A stretch of 64,000 nt of DNA from an uncultured virus (IMG/VR IMGVR_UViG_3300008117_000029) (Duplodnaviria; Heunggongvirae; Uroviricota; Caudoviricetes). Shown one piece after another: positions 28,437-38,061 of the stretch; positions within the stretch are counted from its first letter, which is position 1; the number at the start of each line of letters is the position of its first letter. The position numbers and the translations under genes were made by a program. Under the pieces are notes generated by a model, which worked only from the letters and a program-made list of their open reading frames with translations, searched no databases and had not been told where the DNA came from. The stretch spans positions 1-64,000 of IMG/VR virus record IMGVR_UViG_3300008117_000029; one strand, given 5' to 3'.

Positions 28437-30986
28437 ATGTCGTATCAGAATATTAATCAATACAATTTTAGAAGGTTAGGCCTATTACCTGTTAATGAAA
28501 TAACGGATATTTGTCTTGCGTCAGACGAAAAAACCTTTGACCAAGAGGTAATTTTTTCACCATTATTAATTGGTGATGATGACGGTAATAGAATGCCTTT
28601 TAAATTTGAATTTAATTCGACAGGGACAACTGTTGCGACAGTCTCTGCGGTAACATTTGATTTTGATACCATAGTATCCGAAAACTACTGGAACCCAGAC
28701 AACCTCGACCCAAATTTTTGTCCATCAGCACAAACTCTTTGTGATGTTGGTCTTACGGGTATTGATAATGGTTTAGTAAAAAGAATGTCGGGTGAAACAA
28801 TTGAGATAACGACTGGTCTATATACAAACATATCCGACAAGTTTTCAAGATACAAATATGATAGGAGAATGAAACTTCATCCTATCACAGGTTTTACAAC
28901 AACAAGTAACCGTCTTTGGAATGATGATTCATATACCTACGATTTATCGTATGACAGTTATGGTGATTTAGTAGGAAATTTTGCCAGATTGAATGGAGGA
29001 TTTTACCAAGGATTCTATAAGTTACCAGGTTATACCTATCAAGTATTCCCTCAAAGACCTCATTGGGGTTGGACAACTGAGGTTATGTTACGTTATAGAT
29101 GGACTGGTGATACAAATGTAGGTTTGAATAAAAGATACCCTGAAAATAAAGGGGCATTCTTCTACATGGGTGCGAGAGCCGAAAACAAATTTTATCATTA
29201 TGCGGACGGACACCCAAAACAAGATACAGGTTACACAAGAGTTACATCTGGGTTGACTTGTATGCATACCTGCGAATGTCTACTGACGGGAATTACCGCT
29301 GAACATTCTTGTATGAAAGTTTATCAACAATCGGGAGGAACATCAACAAATTGCTCCTGTGGTTGTCCGTGTAATTGTGAAACAACTGTCAAGTATCCTG
29401 AGCTAGACCCACTATATGACGGAGTGTCAAATGCACTTTCTTTGAGATTGAGTGGGGACACTGGTAATCCAAGACTGTGTGTTAAAACATATAGAATTAC
29501 AGGGGATTGTGAATTTACAGGTGCATGCCTGTCGGGTTTAACTTATGTTACTGGTGTTACAGTAAATGAATGGTGTTCAACAAGGGGTATCTTCCATGAT
29601 TGTGAACAAACTGATTATTCAAAGCTTGAGCATTGGGTACAAATAGATGCTGTTTTTGAAAGAAATGAATGGTTTGATACTTGTGATTTATATGAAAAAG
29701 GGGGATTAGGTTTGATAACAGAAACAATCTATACCGCTACTCCTGCTCACAATAGTGTTAGTCTTATTGAACCTCCTCTAACCCATGAGAAAGATTATGA
29801 CCCGGCAACAACTGAAATTGTAACTTTTAATGACAATTGGACACTTGAACAAATATACCGTTTGGGTAAATTCAAGTTATACGTAAATGGTAGACTTTTC
29901 ATGGTTGTTGAAAACTTTGAAGAGATTATTCCGAGACTTTTAGACACACCAAGAGAAAAACAAATAGGCGTTTCTTATAACATTTCTGTTGGTGGTGGAA
30001 CACAGGGATTACACGACAACCTTACATTCTCAGGAGGATGTCCTGAAACTGTTGACGAAATAGTTTATCAACAAGACCCAGAGTGTTTAACAACACATGA
30101 TTTGGACAACACAATCTATTCAGGTTTAACAACACACATCAAACTTGAAGAATATTTTGGTGGCAGTTTAATTGGGGACATTAGTGCATTTAGAATGTAT
30201 ACAGAGCCTTTAAATGCTTCACAGATTTGGCACAATTTCAAAATTCAAAAAGACAAATATGATTTGTTAGACCCTAAGTGTCCTGACTGTAGAGTTTTAA
30301 TTTTACCAACACCTTCACCTACAGTAACTCCTACTGTAACACCAACACCTTCGATTACCGCTTCGGAAACACCAACCTTGACACCAACAAGTACGGAAAC
30401 ACCAACCGTTACGCCATCAGAAACCCCAACAAATACTCCTACACCTTCAATTACTGCAAGTCCTGGTCAAACTCCAACTGCAACTGAAACTCAAACACCT
30501 ACACCTACCGAGACACCAACAAATACTCCTACAGAAACATCAACTCCTACATCCACACCTTCGGAGACACCAACTGAAACTCCAACCGAAACACCTACCA
30601 ACACTCCAACACCGACGAAATTGAGATTCGCGTTTAATGTTTGTTCGGGAACTACTTTGATTGATGCATGTCAATGTGTTGATAATGGAATTATATATGG
30701 TGAGTTTGAGAACTTCGATGAGAATAATCAATTCTTTGATTCTCCTACGGGTTCAAACACGGTTAATCTTTCTGGATATTATTCATATAATAACATTGTG
30801 GTTGAACTTGATTCAGAGGGGTTCACAATTGGTAGTTTCTCAATATGTCCTACAACAACACCAACATCAACGGTTACACAGACTCCGAGTGAGACGCCAA
30901 CACAAACTCCGAGTGAAACCCCAACAAATACCCCAACTCAAACTGAGACACCAACACAAACTCCTACTGAGACTCCCTCAAACTGA
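28437..30986 (+). CDS. Virion fibre/decoration protein: Cys-rich LamG/ConA-like domain plus Thr/Pro mucin-like repeats (5' part of an interrupted gene)
   Basis: KLYVNG...[19 protein letters not shown] resembles a LamG C-terminus. TPT repeats run up to the stop codon. Confidence 0.75.
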   Translation: MSYQNINQYNFRRLGLLPVNEITDICLASDEKTFDQEVIFSPLLIGDDDGNRMPFKFEFNSTGTTVATVSAVTFDFDTIVSENYWNPDNLDPNFCPSAQTLCDVGLTGIDNGLVKRMSGETIEITTGLYTNISDKFSRYKYDRRMKLHPITGFTTTSNRLWNDDSYTYDLSYDSYGDLVGNFARLNGGFYQGFYKLPGYTYQVFPQRPHWGWTTEVMLRYRWTGDTNVGLNKRYPENKGAFFYMGARAENKFYHYADGHPKQDTGYTRVTSGLTCMHTCECLLTGITAEHSCMKVYQQSGGTSTNCSCGCPCNCETTVKYPELDPLYDGVSNALSLRLSGDTGNPRLCVKTYRITGDCEFTGACLSGLTYVTGVTVNEWCSTRGIFHDCEQTDYSKLEHWVQIDAVFERNEWFDTCDLYEKGGLGLITETIYTATPAHNSVSLIEPPLTHEKDYDPATTEIVTFNDNWTLEQIYRLGKFKLYVNGRLFMVVENFEEIIPRLLDTPREKQIGVSYNISVGGGTQGLHDNLTFSGGCPETVDEIVYQQDPECLTTHDLDNTIYSGLTTHIKLEEYFGGSLIGDISAFRMYTEPLNASQIWHNFKIQKDKYDLLDPKCPDCRVLILPTPSPTVTPTVTPTPSITASETPTLTPTSTETPTVTPSETPTNTPTPSITASPGQTPTATETQTPTPTETPTNTPTETSTPTSTPSETPTETPTETPTNTPTPTKLRFAFNVCSGTTLIDACQCVDNGIIYGEFENFDENNQFFDSPTGSNTVNLSGYYSYNNIVVELDSEGFTIGSFSICPTTTPTSTVTQTPSETPTQTPSETPTNTPTQTETPTQTPTETPSN

Positions 30987-31641
30987 GACTCCAACAGAAA
31001 CTCCTACTAACACTCCAACAGGAACCCCGATAGAAACCGTAACCCAAACACCAACAGAAACTCCTACTAACACTCCAACTGAAACTCCTACAAATACGCC
31101 AACTGAGTCTCCAACTCAAACACCTACTAATACTGTAACACCAACCATAACCGATACTTCTACATCTACGCCTACTCCAACAATTACAGATACACCTACT
31201 AATACTCCTACTAATACTACAACTCCAACAATTACAGATACACCTACTAATACTCCTACTAATACTACAACTCCAACAATCACAGATACACCTACTAATA
31301 CTCCTACTAATACTGAAACTCCAACTCAAACACCAACACCTGATGTAACACCTAATCCTGTTTGTGATATTCAAATAACCTTACTACCAACACCTACTCC
31401 TTCGTCAACTCAGACACCAACACCAACAAATGAACCAAGTCCAACACCTACTGAAACTCCAACTCAAACACCAACACCTGAGGTAACAAGTACTCCAACA
31501 CAAACCAACACACCAGATGTAACACCTACACCAACTCAAGCGATTGTACCAAGTGACCCAACCCTTGAAATTTATTATCAAGGTCAGACTGGTGACCAAT
31601 TTAACCCTAATGCAACAAGTGGTTCGACATTTACACAATGG
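30976..31641 (+). CDS. Frameshifted continuation of the Thr/Pro-repeat protein
   Basis: TETPTNTPT repeats resume in the +1 frame. There is no credible independent start codon. Confidence 0.65.
31174..31317 (+). repeat. 48-nt tandem repeat, three near-identical copies ([16 protein letters not shown])
   Basis: Units start at 31174, 31222 and 31270. Confidence 0.9.
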
Positions 31642-31642
31642 C

Positions 31643-32137
31643 TTATCATCAAAATCAGGACAAACAATCATTATGGTTGTTAAGACACTCAATTCAACTA
31701 ATACGGCTCAATATATTCAGGGAGGTTCTGATGGAAATACAGGGTTGGATGCAACATACATAAGACAAAGTGGTTCAACATACAACATTGCGGCTGGTGG
31801 TGGTTTTGCTACGGGTGGTGTTGTTAATACAAATCCACACATTATATCTTATGTGTTTAGTGGAACAGGTGTGACCAATCAAGATAAATTAAAGTTTTAT
31901 ATTGATGGTTCAGGACAAACCTTGACCTATATAACTAATGTTGGAACAACAACAAATGCACTTCTTGATTATGTGTTCTTGGGAGTATCCTATACGGGAG
32001 CACCCGCGGGAACCACACAGTTCTTCTATAATGGATTTTTGTTTGATGTGTTAGCTTACAGTAGAGCTTTATCTCCATCGGAGTTACAATCTGTCCAACA
32101 ATATCTATCAAATAAATGGAATATACCACTATTATAA
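31643..32137 (+). CDS. LamG/ConA-like C-terminal domain (second frameshifted continuation)
   Basis: LKFYIDG...[30 protein letters not shown]. Confidence 0.65.
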   Translation, partial: LSSKSGQTIIMVVKTLNSTNTAQYIQGGSDGNTGLDATYIRQSGSTYNIAAGGGFATGGVVNTNPHIISYVFSGTGVTNQDKLKFYIDGSGQTLTYITNVGTTTNALLDYVFLGVSYTGAPAGTTQFFYNGFLFDVLAYSRALSPSELQSVQQYLSNKWNIPLL

Positions 32138-32138
32138 A

Positions 32139-32414
32139 ATGACTACAGGAGTACAAATATCAAGCACGAATTTTAATGGTCAGATAGCCAATATTACCTT
32201 TTATCCTGATACGGGAGGAACTGTGAGCTTGGGTGCAAATGTGTTACCATATACGGTTGAGTTGGAATATTTTAATGGAAGTTATGAACTTTATTTTGGG
32301 GCTTTTGACCAAACATGTTATACCTATATTTCTAACCCCGATACAAACTATTTATTACAAGAAGATTATTCAACCCTTGACCAAGAGGATAATTACAAAA
32401 TTTTAATTACATAA
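32139..32414 (+). CDS. Small putative virion protein
   Basis: 91 aa, with a YLLQED motif, in the fibre operon. Confidence 0.7.
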   Translation: MTTGVQISSTNFNGQIANITFYPDTGGTVSLGANVLPYTVELEYFNGSYELYFGAFDQTCYTYISNPDTNYLLQEDYSTLDQEDNYKILIT

Positions 32415-32415
32415 T

Positions 32416-33051
32416 ATGCCTAATTTACCAATATCTGCATTACCAGAATTAACCGCGATGACTGCCAACGCTGAATTCGCAGTTGCTCAAGGAGGAGTAA
32501 CTTATCGTGTTAAAAATAGCACATTAGCACCATTTCCAACTGTTTATGGATTATTTTCCCAAACGGCAAATAGCGTATCAATTAGTGCAACAACTGTTGA
32601 AGGGACTTTAATCAATGGGGGTGTTGGAACTCTTACCGTTGGTGCGAATCAATTTCAAATTGGGGATTCTTTTAGAGCGGATTTTGGTGGGTTATTGTCT
32701 TCAAAAAATGGAGACACAATTCAAATCCGTGTGAAGGCGGGTTCAGTTGTGTTGGCGGACAGTGGTGTACAAACTATGAGTTCAGCGACAGACGATGTTT
32801 GGCAGTTCTCAATAAATTTTACAATTAGAACTCTTGGTGTTGCTGGAGTTGCCGATATTGTATCTCTTGGAGTATTTCATACAACAAAACAATCAAGTGG
32901 TGTTCCTGCAGGTTTTGCGTTCAATACTGTAAACGATACAACCTTTGATACAACTATTCCGAATACTCTGAATGTGACTGCTCAGTTTAGTTCTAATAGT
33001 CCTTTGAACTCAATTTTCAGTGATATTTTTGTTCTGAATAAGATTTATTAA
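32416..33051 (+). CDS. Putative virion fibre-associated protein
   Basis: MPNLPISALPEL N-terminus and a beta-rich body. Confidence 0.7.
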   Translation: MPNLPISALPELTAMTANAEFAVAQGGVTYRVKNSTLAPFPTVYGLFSQTANSVSISATTVEGTLINGGVGTLTVGANQFQIGDSFRADFGGLLSSKNGDTIQIRVKAGSVVLADSGVQTMSSATDDVWQFSINFTIRTLGVAGVADIVSLGVFHTTKQSSGVPAGFAFNTVNDTTFDTTIPNTLNVTAQFSSNSPLNSIFSDIFVLNKIY

Positions 33052-33102
33052 AAAAGAAAATAAAATTGAGCGAGTTCTCAGTATTTATATAAAAAAAGTA
33101 AA

Positions 33103-35099
33103 ATGGCTTGTAGTAAATATATTTTACAACTTTCAACTATAGAAGATGCGAAGATTCAATGTGGGATTACCAAGTAGAATTAGAACCAAATCAGGTAAAA
33201 AACATTTGGTTGATAGATGGAACATATTCCACGGCGAATACAACAATCGTTCTCCAAAATATGGGTGCGTTCCCACCAACTGGACCCACACCTACTCCGA
33301 CATCTAGTCCGACTCAAACACCTTCGAACACTGCAACGCCTACAACAACACCAACCAATACTCAGACACCAACTGCGTCAGAAACACCGACAAATACTCC
33401 AACGTTCACACAGACTCCGACTAACACGGAAACTCCAACGCAAACTCCAACACCTACAAACGTTGAGAGAACTGCTATTGTGAGATGTCACGATGAGACG
33501 GATATATTACTAACTTGTGATTGTGTTCAAACAGCAAACATATTTGTAAATGGAACAAGTTTGGCGGATTCAACATTAGTTTGGTCAGATGCTACAGGTC
33601 CAAATACAGGTAATCCGGAAGGTTATTATACTGAAGATGGTATTATTTACATAGTTGCTTCTGGTTGTGGACCAGGTTGTATTACGGGAGCTACAATTAC
33701 AGTTGATGGAAATTGTGGTCCAACACCAACTCCTACTTCAAGTCAAACACCTACACCAACTCCAACTAACACAGAAACACCAACTCAAACTCCAACACCT
33801 ACACCGACACCAGTAAGATTTGAGTTTTCAGTAGGTTCAGGTTCAACTGAGAATGAAGCATGTTCTTCAGGAATAGTTGGAAATATTTGGGGTAATGCGG
33901 TTCTTTTCGATAACTGCACACAATTCTATCCTGAAAGTTTTGGTCCGTCAACAATGTTGGCAGGTTTTTATAACAGTTCAAATATTGTAACAGAAATAGA
34001 TTCGAATGGTGCTCAAGTGGGTGCATTCAGTTCTTGTTTGGTTGTTCCAACACCAACAGCAACTGTAACCGCATCTCCAACTGAAACACCAACACCGACT
34101 CCAACTACAACACCAACAGCAACATTTGGATACTATACATATAATTTAGGTTCAGGTTCAACTCCGAATGAAGCTTGTTTGGGTTCAACTAATCCTGTCT
34201 ACGGAACTGTAGCGGGTGGAGTAGGTCCAAACGTTGGTGAGTCACTTTATCAAAATACAGCTCTGACAGTTCCTGTTATTGATGGTTATTATTCTAATGG
34301 GATTGCTTGGTTTATTGTTAGCGGTGGAGCAGGATTGATTACAAGTTCCGACCCTAACGGATGTTCGAACTTACCGACACCGACACCTACAGTGACTTCA
34401 ACATCTACACCAATATCATCACCAACACCAACAACAACTCAAACACCAACCAACACAGAAACTCCAACTCAAACACCAACCAACACAGAAACTCCAACTC
34501 AAACACCATCTCAAACTGCAACATACACACCAACACCTACTGAAACACCAGGAACTTTCGCATTAATTGGTGCAACTAAATTTTCAACAGTGTCTGGATT
34601 GGACGCTTGTTCAGGAGGAACTTCGACAACTTCTTATTACTATAATCAACCGTCATATCCGAATGATATCATATTTAGTGGGGCATCTTTCTCAGATATT
34701 TATCCATCAGGATGGCTTAACTTACTTGGCGGTGGCGGATGGGAATTAACTAACGGTGAAATAACAGGAACTCTTATTTGTCCCGAAATCATAGCGGTTA
34801 ACGAATCAACAGGTGGAGCGGAAATTATAGATTTTGTTGATGATGGTGGAAGTATAACACTTACCAATCTATCAGGAGCTTTACCTGTAACATCAGGTCA
34901 AACTTTTACAGCACTACACGGTCTAACATTCGGTAATCCAAGAGCTTCTATAACAGGAACTCCTGTTAATTTTATAGTTGAACTTAATGGGTCGTTCTTA
35001 TATTCAGGGTCAACAATCCCACCATCAATGATTGGATTAACTAGTGGTGGAGTTCCTTTACAAGATACAGATGTAGCAAAAATCACACTTACAGATTAA
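33103..35099 (+). CDS. Thr/Pro-repeat virion protein with four Cys-flanked modules; 5' end frameshifted near 33126 (intact ORF from 33159)
   Basis: The TATTTAT-preceded ATG at 33103 (MACSKYIL) is out of frame with the main ORF. TPT linkers separate the repeated modules. Confidence 0.75.
34435..34508 (+). repeat. 30-nt tandem repeat, about 2.4 copies ([10 protein letters not shown])
   Basis: AAACACCAACCAACACAGAAACTCCAACTC is repeated exactly. Confidence 0.9.
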
Positions 35100-35118
35100 A
35101 TTTAAAAATAATAAAGAT

Positions 35119-35148
35119 AAAACCCTCTACTTTCGTGGAGGGTTTTTT
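35119..35148 (+). terminator. Rho-independent terminator
   Basis: CCCTCTAC-TTTC-GTGGAGGG hairpin followed by T6. Confidence 0.85.
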
Positions 35149-35169
35149 ATTTTTAGACAAAAAGATAAT

Positions 35170-36444
35170 ATGTCTAACAGTAAAATTTTTATTCAAATCG
35201 CATCATACAGGGACCCACAGTTAGTTCCAACACTCAAAGATATGATTGCAAACGCTAAAAAACCAAAGAACTTGGTTTTCTCAATCGCAAGACAATTTAG
35301 TGAAACAGATGGATTTGACAACTTAGATGAGTTTAGAGAAGATAAAAGATTCAAGATTTTAGATATACCTTATCAAGAATCTAGAGGCGTTTGTTGGGCA
35401 AGAAACTTAACCCAACAACTTTACGATGGTGAAGGATACACAATGCAAATTGATTCCCACATGAGATTTGTAAAGGATTGGGATGAAATATTAATAAAAA
35501 TGATTAAGGGTCTACAAAAGGATGGGTATGAAAAACCTCTACTTACGGGTTATGTGCCCTCCTTTGACCCTGAAAATGACCCAGCGGGAAGGGCACAAGA
35601 TGCTTGGAGAATGGCATTTGATAGATTCATTCCTGAGGGTGCTGTGTTTTTTCTCCCTGAAACAATTCCTGGTTGGAGAGAGATGACAAAACCCGTAACA
35701 GCGAGATTTTATTCTGCACATTTTTGTTTTACTTTGGGTCAGTTTTCTCTAGAAGTCCAACACAATCCTGAATATTACTTCCACGGAGAAGAAATCTCAA
35801 TTGCAGCTAGAGCTTACACATGGGGTTATGATTTATTTCACCCTCACATTCCTGTTGTCTATCATGAATACACACGTAAGGGTAGGACAAAACAATGGGA
35901 TGATGACAAAACTTGGGGTGAGAAAAACAAAGTATCCCATTTGACCAACAGAAAACTTTTTGGTATGGATGGTGAAACCCAAGAGGGTCATGATGGACCT
36001 TATGGTTTTGGTCCTGTGAGAACTTTAAGAGAATATGAGAAGTATGCTGGTATTTTATTTGAAAAGAGAGCTGTTCAAAAATATACACTCGATAAGAATT
36101 ATCCTCCAAACCCATATAACTATTCATCAGAGGAAGATTGGAAAAATGATTTTGCTAAGGTATTCAAACATTGTATAGATATTGGATACTCACAGGTTCC
36201 TGAAACGGATTATGATTTTTGGGTTGTGGCTTTCCACGGACCTAACGACGAAACTTTATTCAGAAAGGACTCCGACAAAAATGAAATTGCTGGTTATATG
36301 AGAGACCCTGACAAATATTGTAAGATTTGGAGAGAATTTCAAACGGACGTTACTCCCACATATTGGGTTGTTTGGCCTCACTCGGTATCAAAAGGATGGT
36401 GTGATAGAATCACTGGACAATTAAATCATAATGTTGTAAGCTAA
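35170..36444 (+). CDS. GT60-like polypeptide N-acetylglucosaminyltransferase (Skp1 Gnt1 / trypanosome mucin ppGlcNAcT family)
   Basis: IFIQIASYRDP, SRGVCWAR, QIDSHMRF (DxH), FHGEEI, RAYTWGYD and VYHEY motifs. Confidence 0.88.
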   Translation: MSNSKIFIQIASYRDPQLVPTLKDMIANAKKPKNLVFSIARQFSETDGFDNLDEFREDKRFKILDIPYQESRGVCWARNLTQQLYDGEGYTMQIDSHMRFVKDWDEILIKMIKGLQKDGYEKPLLTGYVPSFDPENDPAGRAQDAWRMAFDRFIPEGAVFFLPETIPGWREMTKPVTARFYSAHFCFTLGQFSLEVQHNPEYYFHGEEISIAARAYTWGYDLFHPHIPVVYHEYTRKGRTKQWDDDKTWGEKNKVSHLTNRKLFGMDGETQEGHDGPYGFGPVRTLREYEKYAGILFEKRAVQKYTLDKNYPPNPYNYSSEEDWKNDFAKVFKHCIDIGYSQVPETDYDFWVVAFHGPNDETLFRKDSDKNEIAGYMRDPDKYCKIWREFQTDVTPTYWVVWPHSVSKGWCDRITGQLNHNVVS

Positions 36445-37187
36445 TGATTTTCAAAGACATACCAAAATTTGTTATAAATTTGGAAAGTAGACCTGACAGA
36501 CTTGAAGATATAAAGTTCGAGATGAATTACATCGGTTGGGATTACGATTTGTTTAAGGCTGTTCCACGTAACGATTATATGGGTTGTGCTCTTTCTCATT
36601 TGTCAATAATTGAAATGGCTAAAGAAAGAGGTTACAAGAGAGTAATGGTGATAGAAGATGATTGTGTATTTATGCCTTATGCAAAAAATTTCATTGAGGA
36701 TTTGGAGAGAAATATAAATGGAATTGATTTTGGTGTATTGAATCTTTCTCCAACACTCAATCGTCCAATGAACGTCAGTGAAAAATACAGTATGCTTTTG
36801 GATTTGACAAACTTACCTCCAAAACCACATGAAAGATTGACCGAAACTTTCGCAACAAATATTCTGATATACGATGAATCATCTTTCGAAAAAATAGAAA
36901 AAATTAAAGATAAGTGTTTTTATAGTGGTGATTTTATCATTCCTATTGATGAACAATTGGTAAAACATGTGTATCCTTCAATTCAATCATATGCACCAAT
37001 CTTACCAATTGCCCCTCAGAAAAATTCTTATTCTGATGTGTCGCAGGGAATGTATAACAATTTCTACGCCCAAACATACAATTGGAATGTCTATTCACCA
37101 ATCAAGATTAATCACAGATTTTTGAATGAATCAGAAAATAAAAAAATGAAAACAGAAAAAAAATATTTACCTTATAATGTCAACTAA
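36444..37187 (+). CDS. GT25-like glycosyltransferase
   Basis: VINLESRPDR, GCALSH and IEDDC motifs. Confidence 0.85.
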   Translation: MIFKDIPKFVINLESRPDRLEDIKFEMNYIGWDYDLFKAVPRNDYMGCALSHLSIIEMAKERGYKRVMVIEDDCVFMPYAKNFIEDLERNINGIDFGVLNLSPTLNRPMNVSEKYSMLLDLTNLPPKPHERLTETFATNILIYDESSFEKIEKIKDKCFYSGDFIIPIDEQLVKHVYPSIQSYAPILPIAPQKNSYSDVSQGMYNNFYAQTYNWNVYSPIKINHRFLNESENKKMKTEKKYLPYNVN

Positions 37188-38061
37188 GTTTATAACCGCA
37201 ATTTATAGTGACCTTTATGGAACTGAATTTGGTGGTAGACCTAACAGAGGTGCCCACTATAGATATAGTTTATTGTCATTATTGAAGATGACCGATGCGG
37301 ATTTTTTATGTTATACCTCGGATAGAGAAATAGATTCCCTAAAGAAATTTTTCTATGAAGAAAACAATATACCAGAATCCAAGTTGAAATTTACAACATA
37401 CGATATTTCAAATTCCAAGTTTAAACATTTAATTGATTCGAGAAAAAATGTCGATGAGATTAAAAGAGGGGATAGATGTATCGAAATACAATATTCTAAA
37501 TTTTCATGGTGGTGGAATGAGGATAAATCCTACGATAACTATTATTGGATAGACGCGGGATTATCCCATTGTGGTTTAATACCTCTCAAGTATTTGACTG
37601 AAACAAAACATGCCTTAAGAAGATTTTATGAAAGCAATTTGTTTGATAATGATTTTTTGAAAAATTTGATAGAAGACACTAAAGACAAATTTTTAATTTT
37701 AGGAAAAGAAAATGAAAGAAACTATTGGTCAGGAACTGTAAGTCCAAGATGGTATAAAAATTATGATAGAAGTATTCATATCATAGGAGGATTGTTTGGT
37801 GGTCACAGGGACAAGTGGGATAATATAGTCAATATATTCGAAAACTATGTCCAAGAAGTTTTATCTAACGATGAGGGTTTACCTCATGAAGAACAAATAA
37901 TGACTCTTATGTATTTCAATCATATTGAGTTATTTGAGAGAAAACATTTTGATATTTGGTGGTGCAGGGATAATGCACCTCAAGGTGTAACAGATGAGTT
38001 ATTTCAGAAAAATAAAAGTTTCTATAAAATATTAGAAGAATTTAAAAGAATTTATGAGTAA
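37177..38061 (+). CDS. HtrL/WlaTC-like glycosyltransferase
   Basis: FITAIY, YYWIDAG, GGLFGG and EEQIM motifs. Confidence 0.72.
   Translation: MSTKFITAIYSDLYGTEFGGRPNRGAHYRYSLLSLLKMTDADFLCYTSDREIDSLKKFFYEENNIPESKLKFTTYDISNSKFKHLIDSRKNVDEIKRGDRCIEIQYSKFSWWWNEDKSYDNYYWIDAGLSHCGLIPLKYLTETKHALRRFYESNLFDNDFLKNLIEDTKDKFLILGKENERNYWSGTVSPRWYKNYDRSIHIIGGLFGGHRDKWDNIVNIFENYVQEVLSNDEGLPHEEQIMTLMYFNHIELFERKHFDIWWCRDNAPQGVTDELFQKNKSFYKILEEFKRIYE

Noticed and set aside
30661..30975. 5' part of track ORF 30661-31683 and the start of ORF 31544 as real N-termini
   Set aside because: They overlap better-supported frames and translate to implausible sequence. Only the distal parts are credible.
30300..34550. 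Repetitive ACx CCx tracts as a CRISPR array or non-coding repeat
   Set aside because: They are in-frame Thr/Pro codon repeats with no constant repeat and unique spacer pattern, and there are no cas genes.
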